This document shows positions 1 through 64,000 of a stretch of 64,000 nt of DNA, piece after piece. The notes beneath the pieces were generated by a model that did not search any database, was not told the origin of the DNA, and worked only from the letters and a program-made list of their open reading frames with translations. The position numbers and the translations under genes were made by a program. Numbering within the stretch: the stretch's first letter is position 1; each line of letters opens with the position of its first letter. Source of the stretch: Malacoraja senta (taxonomy: Eukaryota); contig CM075993.1 in the NCBI GenBank assembly GCA_038087875.1, positions 10,480,001-10,544,000 of the forward strand, written 5' to 3'.

Positions 1-221
1 ATGGGAAATTATAATGTACTTTAACTTCCCAAAATGAATAGATATAAAAATGTTAAGTTTCACCCAACCACCTCAATTCTGCTCCTGTAATGTTGAAGAT
101 TTGAGGAAGGGATGGAACAGCCGCCTGTTGGGAGGTGTGTTGGCCAGTGAGACTGTCCGTTGTATCTTTAGATGTTATTAGCTTGGTTTGTTGTGTCTTT
201 GCAAGTTAAAGGTTACATCTT

Positions 222-1580
222 GTTTAGTTTAGAGATGCAGTGTGGAAACAGGCCCTTCGGTCCACCAAGTAGCAATGTTACAAAATTTTGAGATTTAAAA
301 AAAAAAGTCTGCAATTTTCCCATCAGATAAAGAGTAAAAAGAAGTTTAATTTGACACCTAATTCACTTTCATATCTTCAGTATTAAAAAAGTTATGGCCA
401 TTTTCATACTCGGAAATTAGCATCTTGTTCCCTATTGCTTTCCATTGACTTAACACAAAAGCTGTGATCGAGGACAGTTAAAAGCCCATAACTTTCTTAA
501 AAATTAAGAGAACTGAAAGAAATTTCCAGTTATTATAGATTGAAGCATTCTGAAACAAATATGAAACAATCTTACTTAGAAGACATGAAATTAAAGCATA
601 TAATTAGTTAGTTACCTAATTGTAGCTAATTACAAAATTCAATTACTAGATCTAAACATCTATCAATTTCTTAAGAATAGATTAACATTTTTAAATAGCC
701 TAAGTGTCCAAATAACATTCACACAAGAATTCACAATATAACATAATTTTTAAATCTCATTGTCATGAATTTACAGGCCAAATGGAAGGAATTGAATGTT
801 TAATACCTGTAAATTAATGGGCATTTAAATCGTCTTGTGAGTGAGGATTTCTGGAACGCGATCATTTGGAACGTTCATTTGCGGTGAATTTAACCCCGTA
901 TTGGCATGAAAAATTCAGCCGTTAGTTCGGGGAATAAAATCACCGTTTCGCATGAAAAAATGTGAATTAAAGGCTTCTTAAGAAGCACTTTTATACATTT
1001 AAATAAACCACTTTCGTTTACCTGTCCCGTGTGTGAAATCCGTCCCCGTTATCGGCGTTGACGGCTTCAGGAGCTGCTTTTAAAACAACTCCAGCGCTGA
1101 CATTGTCGATTTAATAAAAATAAAAAATTCACAAAACGCCCCTAGGAACGATTTTTCAGCAAACGCTTGTACTCCAACGAAATATAATTCAGGACAAGGT
1201 AGGAGAAACCCGCGTTTTAAGCCCTCCCCCCCCCCCTTAAAGGTGCCAAAATCGCGCACACGGCCAGTGACAGAATTACAGCGCGACTGAAGGTAAGTTT
1301 TGTAACATACCTACACCAAGTCCGTGCCGACCAGCGATCCCCGCACACGATCCTTCACACACTATCCGACACACACTAGGGACAATTTACATTTATACCA
1401 AGTCAATTAGCCTACAAACCTGTATGCCTTTGGAGTGTGGTAGAAAACCAGAGCTTCCTGGAGATAATCCACGCATGTCACGGGGAGAACGTACAAACTC
1501 CGTACAGACAAGCACCCATAGTCAGGATCGAACTTGGGTCTCTGGTGCTGTAAGGCAGCAACTCTACCGTTGTGCTGCCC
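222..1580 (-). mobile_element. tRNA-derived V-SINE (HE1-like), split by a DNA transposon
   Basis: On the minus strand: tRNA-like head with B box (GTTCGATCC), V-domain-like core and CR1-type tail ending in CTAAA repeats; interrupted at 270..1313. Confidence 0.8.
270..1313. mobile_element. Non-autonomous DNA transposon, TAG..CTA termini, 7-bp TSD (hAT/hATw-like)
   Basis: 16-bp TIR TAGCAATGTTACAAAA / TTTTGTAACATACCTA (2 mismatches); CACCAAG duplicated at 263-269 and 1314-1320; no ORF. Confidence 0.85.
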
Positions 1581-1599
1581 TTGCACCGTGCTGCATCTT

Positions 1600-2120
1600 G
1601 TATTTCATGTTATGTCATTGATATGGAGTTGAACAGCACAGAAACAGGCTCTATAGCCCAACACATCCATGCTGACATTTTCCCCCGTTTACACTCATTC
1701 CATTTGCCCACATTAGGTTTGCATCTTTCTATGCCTTGCATATTTAAGTGCCTGTCTAGATGTCTCTTAAATGTAGTGATTGTGTCTGACTCCTCCGCCT
1801 CTCAGTTCCAGATATCAATCCTGTGTTTTTTTATTTCCCTCAAACCCCTTTTAAACCTCCTTCATCTCACCTTGTTCTTCAGCCTCCTTCACTCGAGAGA
1901 AAACGAACCAGCCTATTCAATCTGCCCCCATAAGTCAAGTCCTTGATCCAGGCAACATCCAGGTCAATCTCCTCTGAACCCTTGCTAGTGCAACCACATA
2001 CTTATAGGGTGGCGGCCAGTACTACTCACAATACTTCAAGTGCAGTCTAACCAATGCTTAGCAAAATTGCAATATTACATCTCAACTTTTATATTCTATG
2101 TCCTGATCTATGAAGGCAAC
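1600..2120 (-). mobile_element. Old CR1 LINE 3' fragment
   Basis: Degenerate reverse complement of the CR1 ORF2 end and 3' UTR seen at 4700-5380. Confidence 0.65.
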
Positions 2121-2124
2121 CACA

Positions 2125-5100
2125 GCATCCTGGCGGGGAGATCTGCAAAGGCTACTGGGGAGACTTTAAACTAGAATGGTTGGGGGGGAGGGACTCAAAT
2201 AGAGAAAGCTATTAGACAGTGTGTGAGGCAGGAGGCAGAGAAGGAAAGCACTCAGACCCAACATGTAGGGGGGAAAGAAGAAAACAATAATAAACAGAGA
2301 ATAAGAGGTGGTGGGGTTCTTAAATGGGTGAGCAGAGAAACAGAGGGGTGTAAAATGCGGGCGGAAACAATAGGTAGCAAGGTGAAAAGTAAAAGTGGCA
2401 GGCAGACAAATCCAGGGCAAAAATCAAAAAGGGCCACTTTTCAACATAATTGTATAAGGGGTAAGATCGTTGTAAAAACAAGCCTGAAGGCTTTGTGTCT
2501 CAATGCAAGGAGCATTCGTAATAAGGTGGATGAGTTGAACGTGCAGATAGCTATTAATGATTATGATATAGTTGGGATCACGGAGACATGGCTCCAGGGT
2601 GACCAAGGCTGGGAGCTGAACATCCAGGGATATTCAATATTCAGGAGGGATAGAGAGAAAGGAAAAGGAGGTGGGGTAGCGTTGCTGGTTAGAGAGGAGA
2701 TTAACGCAGTGGAAAGGAAGGACATTAGCTTGGAGGATGTGGAATCAGTATGGGTAGTGCTGCGAAACACTAAGGGGCAGAAAACGCTGGTGGGTGTTGT
2801 GTACAGGCCACCTAGCAGTAGTAGTGAAGTTGGGGATGGCATCAAACAGGAAATTAGAAATGCGTGCAACAAAGGCAAAACAGTTATAATGGGTGACTTC
2901 AATCTACATATAGATTGGGTGAATCAAATTGGCAGTGGTGCTGAGGAAGAGGATTTCTTGGAATGTATGCGGGATAGTTATCTAAACCAACATGTAGAGG
3001 AACCAACGAGAGAGCAGGCTATTCTAGACTGGGTATTGAGTAATGAGGAAGGGTTAGTTAGCAGTCTTGTTGTGCGTGCCCCCTTGGGCAAGAGTGACCA
3101 TAATATGGTTGAGTTCTTCATTAGGATGCAGAGTGACATTGTTAATTCAGAAACAACGGTTCTGAACTTAAAGAAAGGTAACTTTGAGTGTATGAGACGT
3201 GAATTGGCCAAGATTGACTGCAATTAGTTCTAAAAGGGTTGATGGTGGATATGCAATGGAAGGTGTTTAAAGACTGCATGGATGAACTACAAAAATTGTT
3301 CATCCCAGTTTGGCAAAAGAATAAATCAGGGAAGGTAGTGCATCCGTGGATAACAAGGGAAATCAGGGATAGTATCAAAGCAAAAGATGATGCGTACAAA
3401 TTAGCCAGAAAAAGCAGCATACCAGAGGACTGGGAGAAATTCAGAGACCAGCAGAGGAGGACAAAGGGCTTAATTAGGAAAGGGAAAATAGATTATGAAA
3501 GAAAACTGGCAGGGAACATAAAAACAGACTGCAAAGGTTTTTATAGGTATGTGAAGAGAAAGAGATTAGTTAAAACAAATGTAGGTCCCTTGCAGTCAGA
3601 AACAGGTGAATTGATCATGGGGAACAAGGATATGGCGGACCAATTGAATAACTACTTTGGTTCCGTCTTCACTAAGGAAGACATAAATTATCTGCCGGAA
3701 ATAGCAGGGGGCCGCGGGTCAAAGGATATGGAGGAACTGAGTGAAATCCAGGTTAGTCGGGAAGTGGTGTTGGGTAAATTGAATGGATTAAAGGCCGATA
3801 AATCACCAGGGCCAGATAGGCTGCATCCCAGAGTACTTAAGGAAGTAGCTCCAGAAATAGTGGATGCATTAGTGATAATTTTTCAAAACTCTTTAGATTC
3901 TGGAGTAGTTCCTGAGGATTGGAGGGTAGCAAACGTAACCCCACTTTTTAAGAAGGGAGGGAGAGAGAAAATGGGGAATTACAGACCAGTTAGTCTAACA
4001 TCGGTAGTGGGGAAACTGCTAGAGTCAGTTATTAAAGATGGGATAGCAGCACATTTGGAAAGTGGTGAAATCATTGGACAAAGTCAGCATGGATTTACGA
4101 AAGGTAAATCGTGTCTGACGAATCTTATAGAATTTTTCGAGGATGTAACCAGTAGAGTGGATAGGGGAGAACCAGTGGATGTGTTGTATCTGGACTTTCA
4201 GAAGGCTTTCGACAAGGTCCCACATAAGAGATTAGGATACAAACTTAAATCACACGGTATTGGGGGTTCAGTATTGATCTGGATAGAGAACTGGCTGGCA
4301 AACAGGAAGCAAAGAGTAGGAGTAAACGGGTCCTTTTCACAATGGCAGGCAGTGACTAGTGGGGTACTGCAAGGCTCAGTGCTGGGACCCCAGCTATTTA
4401 CAATTTATATTAATGAACTGGATGAGGGAATTGAAAGCAACATCTCCAAGTTTGCGGATGACACTAAGCTGGGGGGCAGTGTTAGCTGTGAGGAGGATGC
4501 TAGGAGACTGCAAGGTGACTTGGATAGGCTGGGTGAGTGGGCAAATGTTTGGCAGATGCAGTATAATGTGGATAAATGTGAGGTTATCCACTTTGGTGGC
4601 AAAAACAGGAAGGCAGACTATTATCTAAATGGTGCCCGATTAGGAAATGGGGAGATGCAGCGAGACCTGGGTGTCATGGTACACCAGTCATTGAAAGTAG
4701 GCATGCAGGTGCAGCAGGCAGTGAAGAAAGCGAATGGTATGTTAGCTTTCATAGCAAAAGGATTTGAGTATAGGAGCAGGGAGGTTCTACTGCAGTTGTA
4801 CAGGGTCTTGGTGAGACCACACCTGGAGTATTGCGTACAGTTTTGGTCTCCAAATCTGAGGAAGGACATTATAGCCATAGAGGGAGTGCAGAGAAGGTTC
4901 ACCAGACTGATTCCTGGGATGTCAGGACTTTCATATGAAGAAAGACTGGAATAGACTTGGCTTATACTCGCTAGAATTTAGGAGATTGAGAGGGGATCTT
5001 ATAGAAACGTACAAAATTCTTATGGGGTTGGACAGGCTAGATGCAGGAAGATTGTTCCCGATGTTGGGGAAGTCCAGGACAAGGGGTCACAGCTTAAGGA

Positions 5101-5385
5101 TAAGGGGGAAATCCTTTAAGACCGAGATGAGGAAAAACTTTTTCACACAGAGTGGTGAATCTCTGGAACTCTCTGCCACAGAGGGTGGTTGAGGCCAGTT
5201 CATTGGCTATATTTAAGAGGGAGTTAGATGTGGCCCTTGTGGCTAAAGGGATCAGGGGGTATGGAGAGAAGGCAGGTACGGGATACTGAGTTGGATGATC
5301 AGCCATGATCATATTGAATGGCGGTGCAGGCTCGAAGGGCCGAATGGCCTACTCCTGCACCTATTTTCTATGTATCTATGTATCT
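2125..5385 (+). mobile_element. CR1-clade LINE (HER1-like), 5'-truncated; ORF1 tail plus ORF2 (APE endonuclease + RT) with three small frameshifts
   Basis: ORF 2223..3227: NARSI, GITETWL, YRPP, MGDFN, SDH. ORF 3239..4954: KSPGPD, YRPVSLTS, DFQKAFDKV, QGSVLGP, FADD. 3' tail (tctatgta)n. Confidence 0.95.
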
Positions 5386-5767
5386 GTCTCCTTTGCAACC
5401 CTCATAATTGCATTATTTTAAAAGAAGTTTAATCAGCTATAATTTTACCCGCAAGCATCTGTTCCCAGTCTACTTTTGCCTGGACCTCTCTTACACTATT
5501 GATATCAGCCTTGCCCCAATTTAGGACCTTAATTTGAGAACCAACCTTTCCACGCCAACCTTGTAACATACACAAATGTAGTCATTGTGCAATTTCATTT
5601 TCAAAGATAAGTTTGAATGTTGTTCATAATTGAGGAGGATATTCAGCCTATTGAGTAATGTATTTTCTTCGAGCATCTCATTCTTTGAAGCTTTCCAGTG
5701 ACCTATTCTCTATCACATGCCCACCAACTCCACTCGGAGCAGTAGGGACAAGGTCGCTGAGACTACT

Positions 5768-5980
5768 GTGTAAGAAGGAACTGCAGATGCTGGTTTATAC
5801 CAAAAATAGACAAAATGCTGGAGGAACTCAGCGGGTCAGGCAGCATCTCTGGAGAAAAAGAATAGGTGACGTTTCGGGTCGGCAGTCTGAATAAGGGTTC
5901 GGACCCCCCCCACCCTGGAGTTATTCCAGGATTTTGTGTCCATGTTCAGTGTAAACCAGCATCTACAGTTCCTTTCTACA
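5768..5980. mobile_element. Palindromic Penelope pLTR mini-element (degraded)
   Basis: GGAACTGCAGATGCTGGTTT arm followed by its inverted copy AAACCAGCATCTACAGTTCC. Confidence 0.7.
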
Positions 5981-7589
5981 TATTCTGTCTGCTCCACTGT
6001 GAAATCTCCTTGAGGTATGCCTAATTTGAAGAAGTTCTTCTCCTCTCTCAAAGAGTTCTGCAACCCCTTTCCCATTGTTCCCCCCTCTGTGGAGTCTACA
6101 GAAGGGTTCCGACCCAAAACATCACTTTTTCCCCACAGAAGCGGTCTGATCGGCTGAGTTACACCAACATTTTGTATCTGTCTAAGCTGAGAATAATGCA
6201 CCATTGTGCCACCTTTTCGCTCTGAAACACAAATGGCCATTGCAACACTGCTTGTGAACTGGGCAGGATAGGAATATTTACCCTGTAAACCACAATCACC
6301 TTCCTGCCCCCTTGAGAATCATAGTGGCTTGCATTTCACTTCCCAACAATAGGGTATTCCATACCTAACAATTTATGGATCCCACTCAAAGTCCTGTTAC
6401 TGTTATGTTGGGAATGGTGACAAATAGTAAAGTGTGTTGGTTACAAGTTTCCATTTGTGTTCATATTGTAGGGGGGAGTTTTGTGCTATACCCGTCCCCT
6501 GTATCTGGCTTTACTCAGATAGGCACAGACTATAAATAAAATAGTTCATATATCAGTGGCGAGTATATCAAACAAGTAGGTGTATTGAAGACCTTAACAG
6601 TGCGCACTGAGAAAATATCCAACGATACCGTATATATATTTTTTTAAATCTTTAAATTTTGCTGGTCTTTGCAGTGACCCATTGCTGATTGAAGTAGTTG
6701 GAAAACTAACTTGGCGAAAGAAAGATTTAGAACCAGTTTCTTCATTTATTGGGGCAGTTGCTCTTAGCAAATCACTCAACTCTTCACCTCAGAAACTTTG
6801 CCAAATCAGAATGGATCAAGGAACTGGAGTTGGGGTACATTTGCAACTTCCATAATGCCTTCCTGTCCTGAATCTGTATCCTGCAACTGACTTTGAAGGG
6901 GTGGATGAGAAAGATGTTCTCTGACTGAAATATTTATATCCTCTGTAACATTGGATTCTGACACATAGGCAGTCAATCCTAGGTTGACCTGTGTTTTTTG
7001 TCTCTTAATTATGCAGCTGTGGACCTGGGTGCTGAAGACCATACTTTCCCAAGATCTTTTAATTCATGCTTGACTGAATAACAAATTGTTATCGACTTTC
7101 CACTCGGGCTGAGAAGGTCATAAAATAAGCTGTTATCAACTCTTTGCACAGGCTAACAAAATAAACTGCTTGCAAGCACCTTTAACACGCTGACAAACGT
7201 GTTGCTATCAATCCCTGCTAAAACCTTCCTTGAAGCTGCTAAACATCTCATTATCGGAACCTAGCTTAAAACAACTTACAGCTTCTCCAATGTCCTGCTC
7301 GCTGGAGTACATGACTCACAGTACACCTGGGTCCACAACAGAGCTCGGCTCTTTATTGTCCCATGTGTGTTCATTAATTTTGCAGCAATGTTCATATTTC
7401 TTTCAATGTAACGTTCCATTATTTAACATAACTTGTATGCCAGTTCTGAGCATGGTGATCCATTATTTCCTGAGTTTTCAAGTCTTTCTATATTTAACAT
7501 AACTTTTCTAAATTAGCAATGTACCAAATCGTTTGGGGTTATTTTTTTCGAGGCATCCAGAATCCTTAAGTACATTGATTTTTAGAGTT

Positions 7590-8390
7590 GGATCTTTACA
7601 GCACAGAAGCAAGCTTCCAGCCCAGCTCAACTGTACCTAACCATGCTAGTCCCACTCGCCTGACCATTTCCATCCAAACATTTTATCCGAGTACCTGTCT
7701 AAATGTCTTTAATGTCATCATGGTCTCTTCCACTTCCTCTGCTAGTTCGTTCCATGTATGCGCCAGCTTCAATGTGGAAAATAAATGATTCTTGGGTCCC
7801 TTTTAAATCTTTCCCTTATCACCTCAAACCTACTCCCTCTAGTTTTAGTTTCTCCTATCCTGGGGAAAAGACTGTATCTGTGCCCTTCATGATTTTATAT
7901 TTCAATGATTTATATTTCACCAAGATCATCTCTCAGACTTGTGATCCAAGGAAAACAATCCCAGCCTCCTCTTCTGGCTCAAACTTTCCAGACCTGATTA
8001 CATCCTCAATTTCTTTGCACTCTTTCCAGTTTAATGACATCCTTTCAGGAGTAGAGCAACCAGAATTGTACACAGTACTCCAAATGTGGACTTACCATTG
8101 TCTTGTACAGCTGTAATATCGTGTCCATCATCCTGTACCTGGTACCCTGACCAATCAATGTAAGTGCGGTAAACACCACCTTCATCACCCCTGTCCACCT
8201 GTGTCGCCAACATCATTGAGCTAAGCATCTGTACCCTAGGCCTATGTTCTACAATACTCCCTAAGGTCCTGCTATTTACTGTGCAAGTTCTGCCCTGATT
8301 TGCCCTACCAAAATGTAGCAACCCTCGCTTATATGAATTAAACTCCATCTGCCATTCCTCGTCCATTGGCCAAGTTGATCAAGATCTCAG
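7590..8390 (-). mobile_element. Old CR1 LINE 3' fragment
   Basis: Minus ORF 8031..8366 (DEEWQMEFN...LHFG) is a decayed CR1 RT C-terminus. Confidence 0.75.
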
Positions 8391-8527
8391 TGTAATCGGA
8401 ATTTCGAATTTATCCTTTTTTTCCCTTAAAACAAACGTGGCTTAACCTTACAATGATGTCAGTGCTGTTTGTTTGTTAAAATTCAGCTTTTTAAATGTTC
8501 TCTATTTTAATAAAAATGTTTTTGCAG

Positions 8528-61916
<53,389 letters not shown>

Positions 61917-62277
61917 GTATTGGTTGTTTTGTCTATGCCCTTTAATGACCACTCGGTGTGTCTCAAAACAAGCAAGGGCGACGATTTCTATTCTCGTATT
62001 TTTAATTTAGTTTTCTAAGTATTAGTATTTAAAATTTATTATTTTAATAAATTTTAGTATTTTAAAACAAGTACCAAGCATCATGAGAGGAATAAATCGG
62101 GTAGATGCCCAGAGTAGGGGAATTGAGGACATGGGTTCAAGGTGAAGGGGAAAAGATTTAATAAGAATCTGAGGGGTAACTTTTTCACACAAAGGAGCAA
62201 GCTGCCAGCGGAGGTAGTTGAGGCTGGGACTATCCCAATGTTTAAGAAGCAGTTAGACAGGTACATGGATAGACAGT

Positions 62278-63624
62278 CTGGTGGACTTCATCAACTTCAC
62301 CACCAACTTCCATCCTGCATTCATATTTACTTGGACCATCTCCGACACCTCCTTCCCCTTTCTTGATCTCACAGTCTCCATCACAAAATAAACTATTGAC
62401 TGACGTCTATTACAAACCCACTGACTCCCACAACTATCTCAACTACACTTCTTCCCACCCTGCTTCCTGCAAAGACTCTATCCCCTACTCCCAATTCCTC
62501 CTTCCACGCCGCATCTGTGCCCAAGATGAGGGGTTCCATACCAGAACATCCAAGATGTCCTCATTCTTTAGGGAACGGGGGTTCCCCTTTCCTATCATAA
62601 ATGAGGCCCTCACTCGTGTCTCCTCGGTACCCTGCAGCTCCGCCCTTGCTCCCCCTGCCCCTAGCTGCAACAGTCTCCCTAGTCCTTACCTTCCACCCCA
62701 TCAGCCATCACATACAACAAATAATCCTCTGAAATTTCCACCACCTCCAACAGGATCCCACCACTTGTCACATTTTCCCATCTCCACCCCTTTCTGCCTT
62801 CCGCAAAGACCGTTCCCTCCGCAACTCCCTGGTTAACTCATCCCTTCCCACCCAAACCACCCCCTCCCCTGGTACCTTCCCCTACAACTGCAGGAGATGC
62901 AACACCTGTCGCTATAGCTCATCCCTCGACTGACCAGGGACTCCGACAGTCCTTTCAGGTTGGGCAGAGATTCACTTGCACCACCTCCATCTACTGTATC
63001 CATTGTTCAAGATGTGGACTCTTATACATCGGCGAGGCCAAACGCAGACTGGGCGATCGTTTCGCGGAACACCTTCGCACAGCCCGCCTGAACCAACCTG
63101 ATCTCCCGGTTGCTGGACACTTTAATTCTCCTTCCCATTCCTACACAGACCTTTCTGTCCTAGGTCTCCTCCATGTTCATTCCTTCTCTCCAGAGATGCT
63201 GCCTGTCCCGCTGAGTTACTCCAGCTTTTTGGGTCTATCTTTAGTTTAGTGAGGCTAAACGCAAATTGGAGGAACAGCATCTCATATATTGCTTGGGCAG
63301 CTTACAGCCCAGTGGTATGAATATTGATTTCTCTCTTTTCAGGTAGCCCCGGCATTCCCTCTCTCTCTATCCCTCCCCCACCCAAGTCACAATAGCTTCT
63401 CATTTTCACCCTACAAACAGTTTACAATGGCCTGTTTCCTTTATCATCATTACTTTTTTGCATATCTTTTATTCATTGTTCTTTATCTCTCCACATCACC
63501 GTCTATATCTCTCGTTTACCTTATCCCTAACCAGTCTTAAGAAGCGTCTTGACCCGAAACGTGACCCATTCCTTCTCTCCAGAGATGCTGCCTGTCCTGC
63601 TGAGTTATCCCAGCTTTTTGTGTC
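62278..63624 (+). mobile_element. Penelope-like element, 5'-truncated (RT thumb + GIY-YIG endonuclease + pLTR), inserted in a CR1 3' fragment
   Basis: FLDLTV, TDVYYKPTDSHNYL, SSHP, CRRCNTC, IYCIHCSRCGLLYIGEAKRRLGDRFAEH, HFN, GMNIDFS; TSD TACATG(G/T)ATAGACAGT at 62262-62277 and 63625-63640. Confidence 0.92.
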
Positions 63625-63864
63625 TACATGTATAGACAGTTTTGGAAGGATATGGGCTAAACGACGGGAAGGTGGGACTAGTGTTGCTGGGATGTTGGCC
63701 GATGTGGGCAGGTTGAGCCGATGGGCCTGTTTCCACACTGTATCACTCTGTGACTCTATGCCTCTTAAGTTTCTAGTGTAATAAATAACATTTGAAATTA
63801 CAGTTGGACTATAAAATCAATTAATTTTAATTAATTAATTAGGTGCCCCCTACTCCATCATCTT

Positions 63865-64000
63865 TAGTGTCCACCGCCTCCAACCTTATCGTTCCCCAGT
63901 CCCGCATGGTATTTTACTTTCTACCCAAAATCCATAACCAGAACAGCCTTGGCAGACCCATTATTTCTGCCTGCTCCTGTCCCACTGAACTCATTTCCCA
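63865..64000 (+). mobile_element. Penelope-like RT N-terminal fragment, runs off the window
   Basis: FYFLPKIHNQNSLGRPIISACSCPTELIS (LPKIH...RPI.S motif). Confidence 0.8.

Noticed and set aside
1..8527. Search for the preceding HERC1 exon (expected to end near EMEEGFSES)
   Set aside because: No matching splice-flanked peptide found by eye; it probably lies upstream of the window.

Overview
Eukaryotic (vertebrate) genomic DNA, very probably from a cartilaginous fish. This is inferred from HE1/V-SINE-like, HER1/CR1-like and SacSINE1/Deu-like repeats; a skate or ray is my best guess. The whole window lies inside one + strand gene, HERC1 (giant HECT E3 ubiquitin ligase). I traced 31 GT-AG exons (8528..61916, 5074 nt, about 1691 codons, frame consistent across all junctions). 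They cover the central region, the WD40 propeller, RCC1-like domain 2 and the start of the HECT domain; the gene start and end lie outside the window. The introns are full of mobile DNA: a near-intact CR1 LINE, a DIRS1-type tyrosine-recombinase retrotransposon, Penelope-like elements and many short fold-back derivatives with hammerhead-ribozyme-like cores and long TSDs, Rex1 and L1 fragments, several SINE families, and non-autonomous DNA transposons. Most notable: (1) the DIRS element has perfect ICR/terminal complementarity and a readable AAT crossover site despite ruined ORFs; (2) the hammerhead-bearing palindromic Penelope mini-elements; (3) a candidate 12-nt in-frame microexon and a 51-nt in-frame alternative acceptor in HERC1; (4) an exon pair bracketed by inverted SINE tails that could form a stop-free circRNA; (5) a Cys/His module resembling one in MYCBP2. 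No CRISPR array, rRNA or functional tRNA gene is supported. Family names come from recalled motifs, not database searches, and repeat boundaries without TSDs are approximate.
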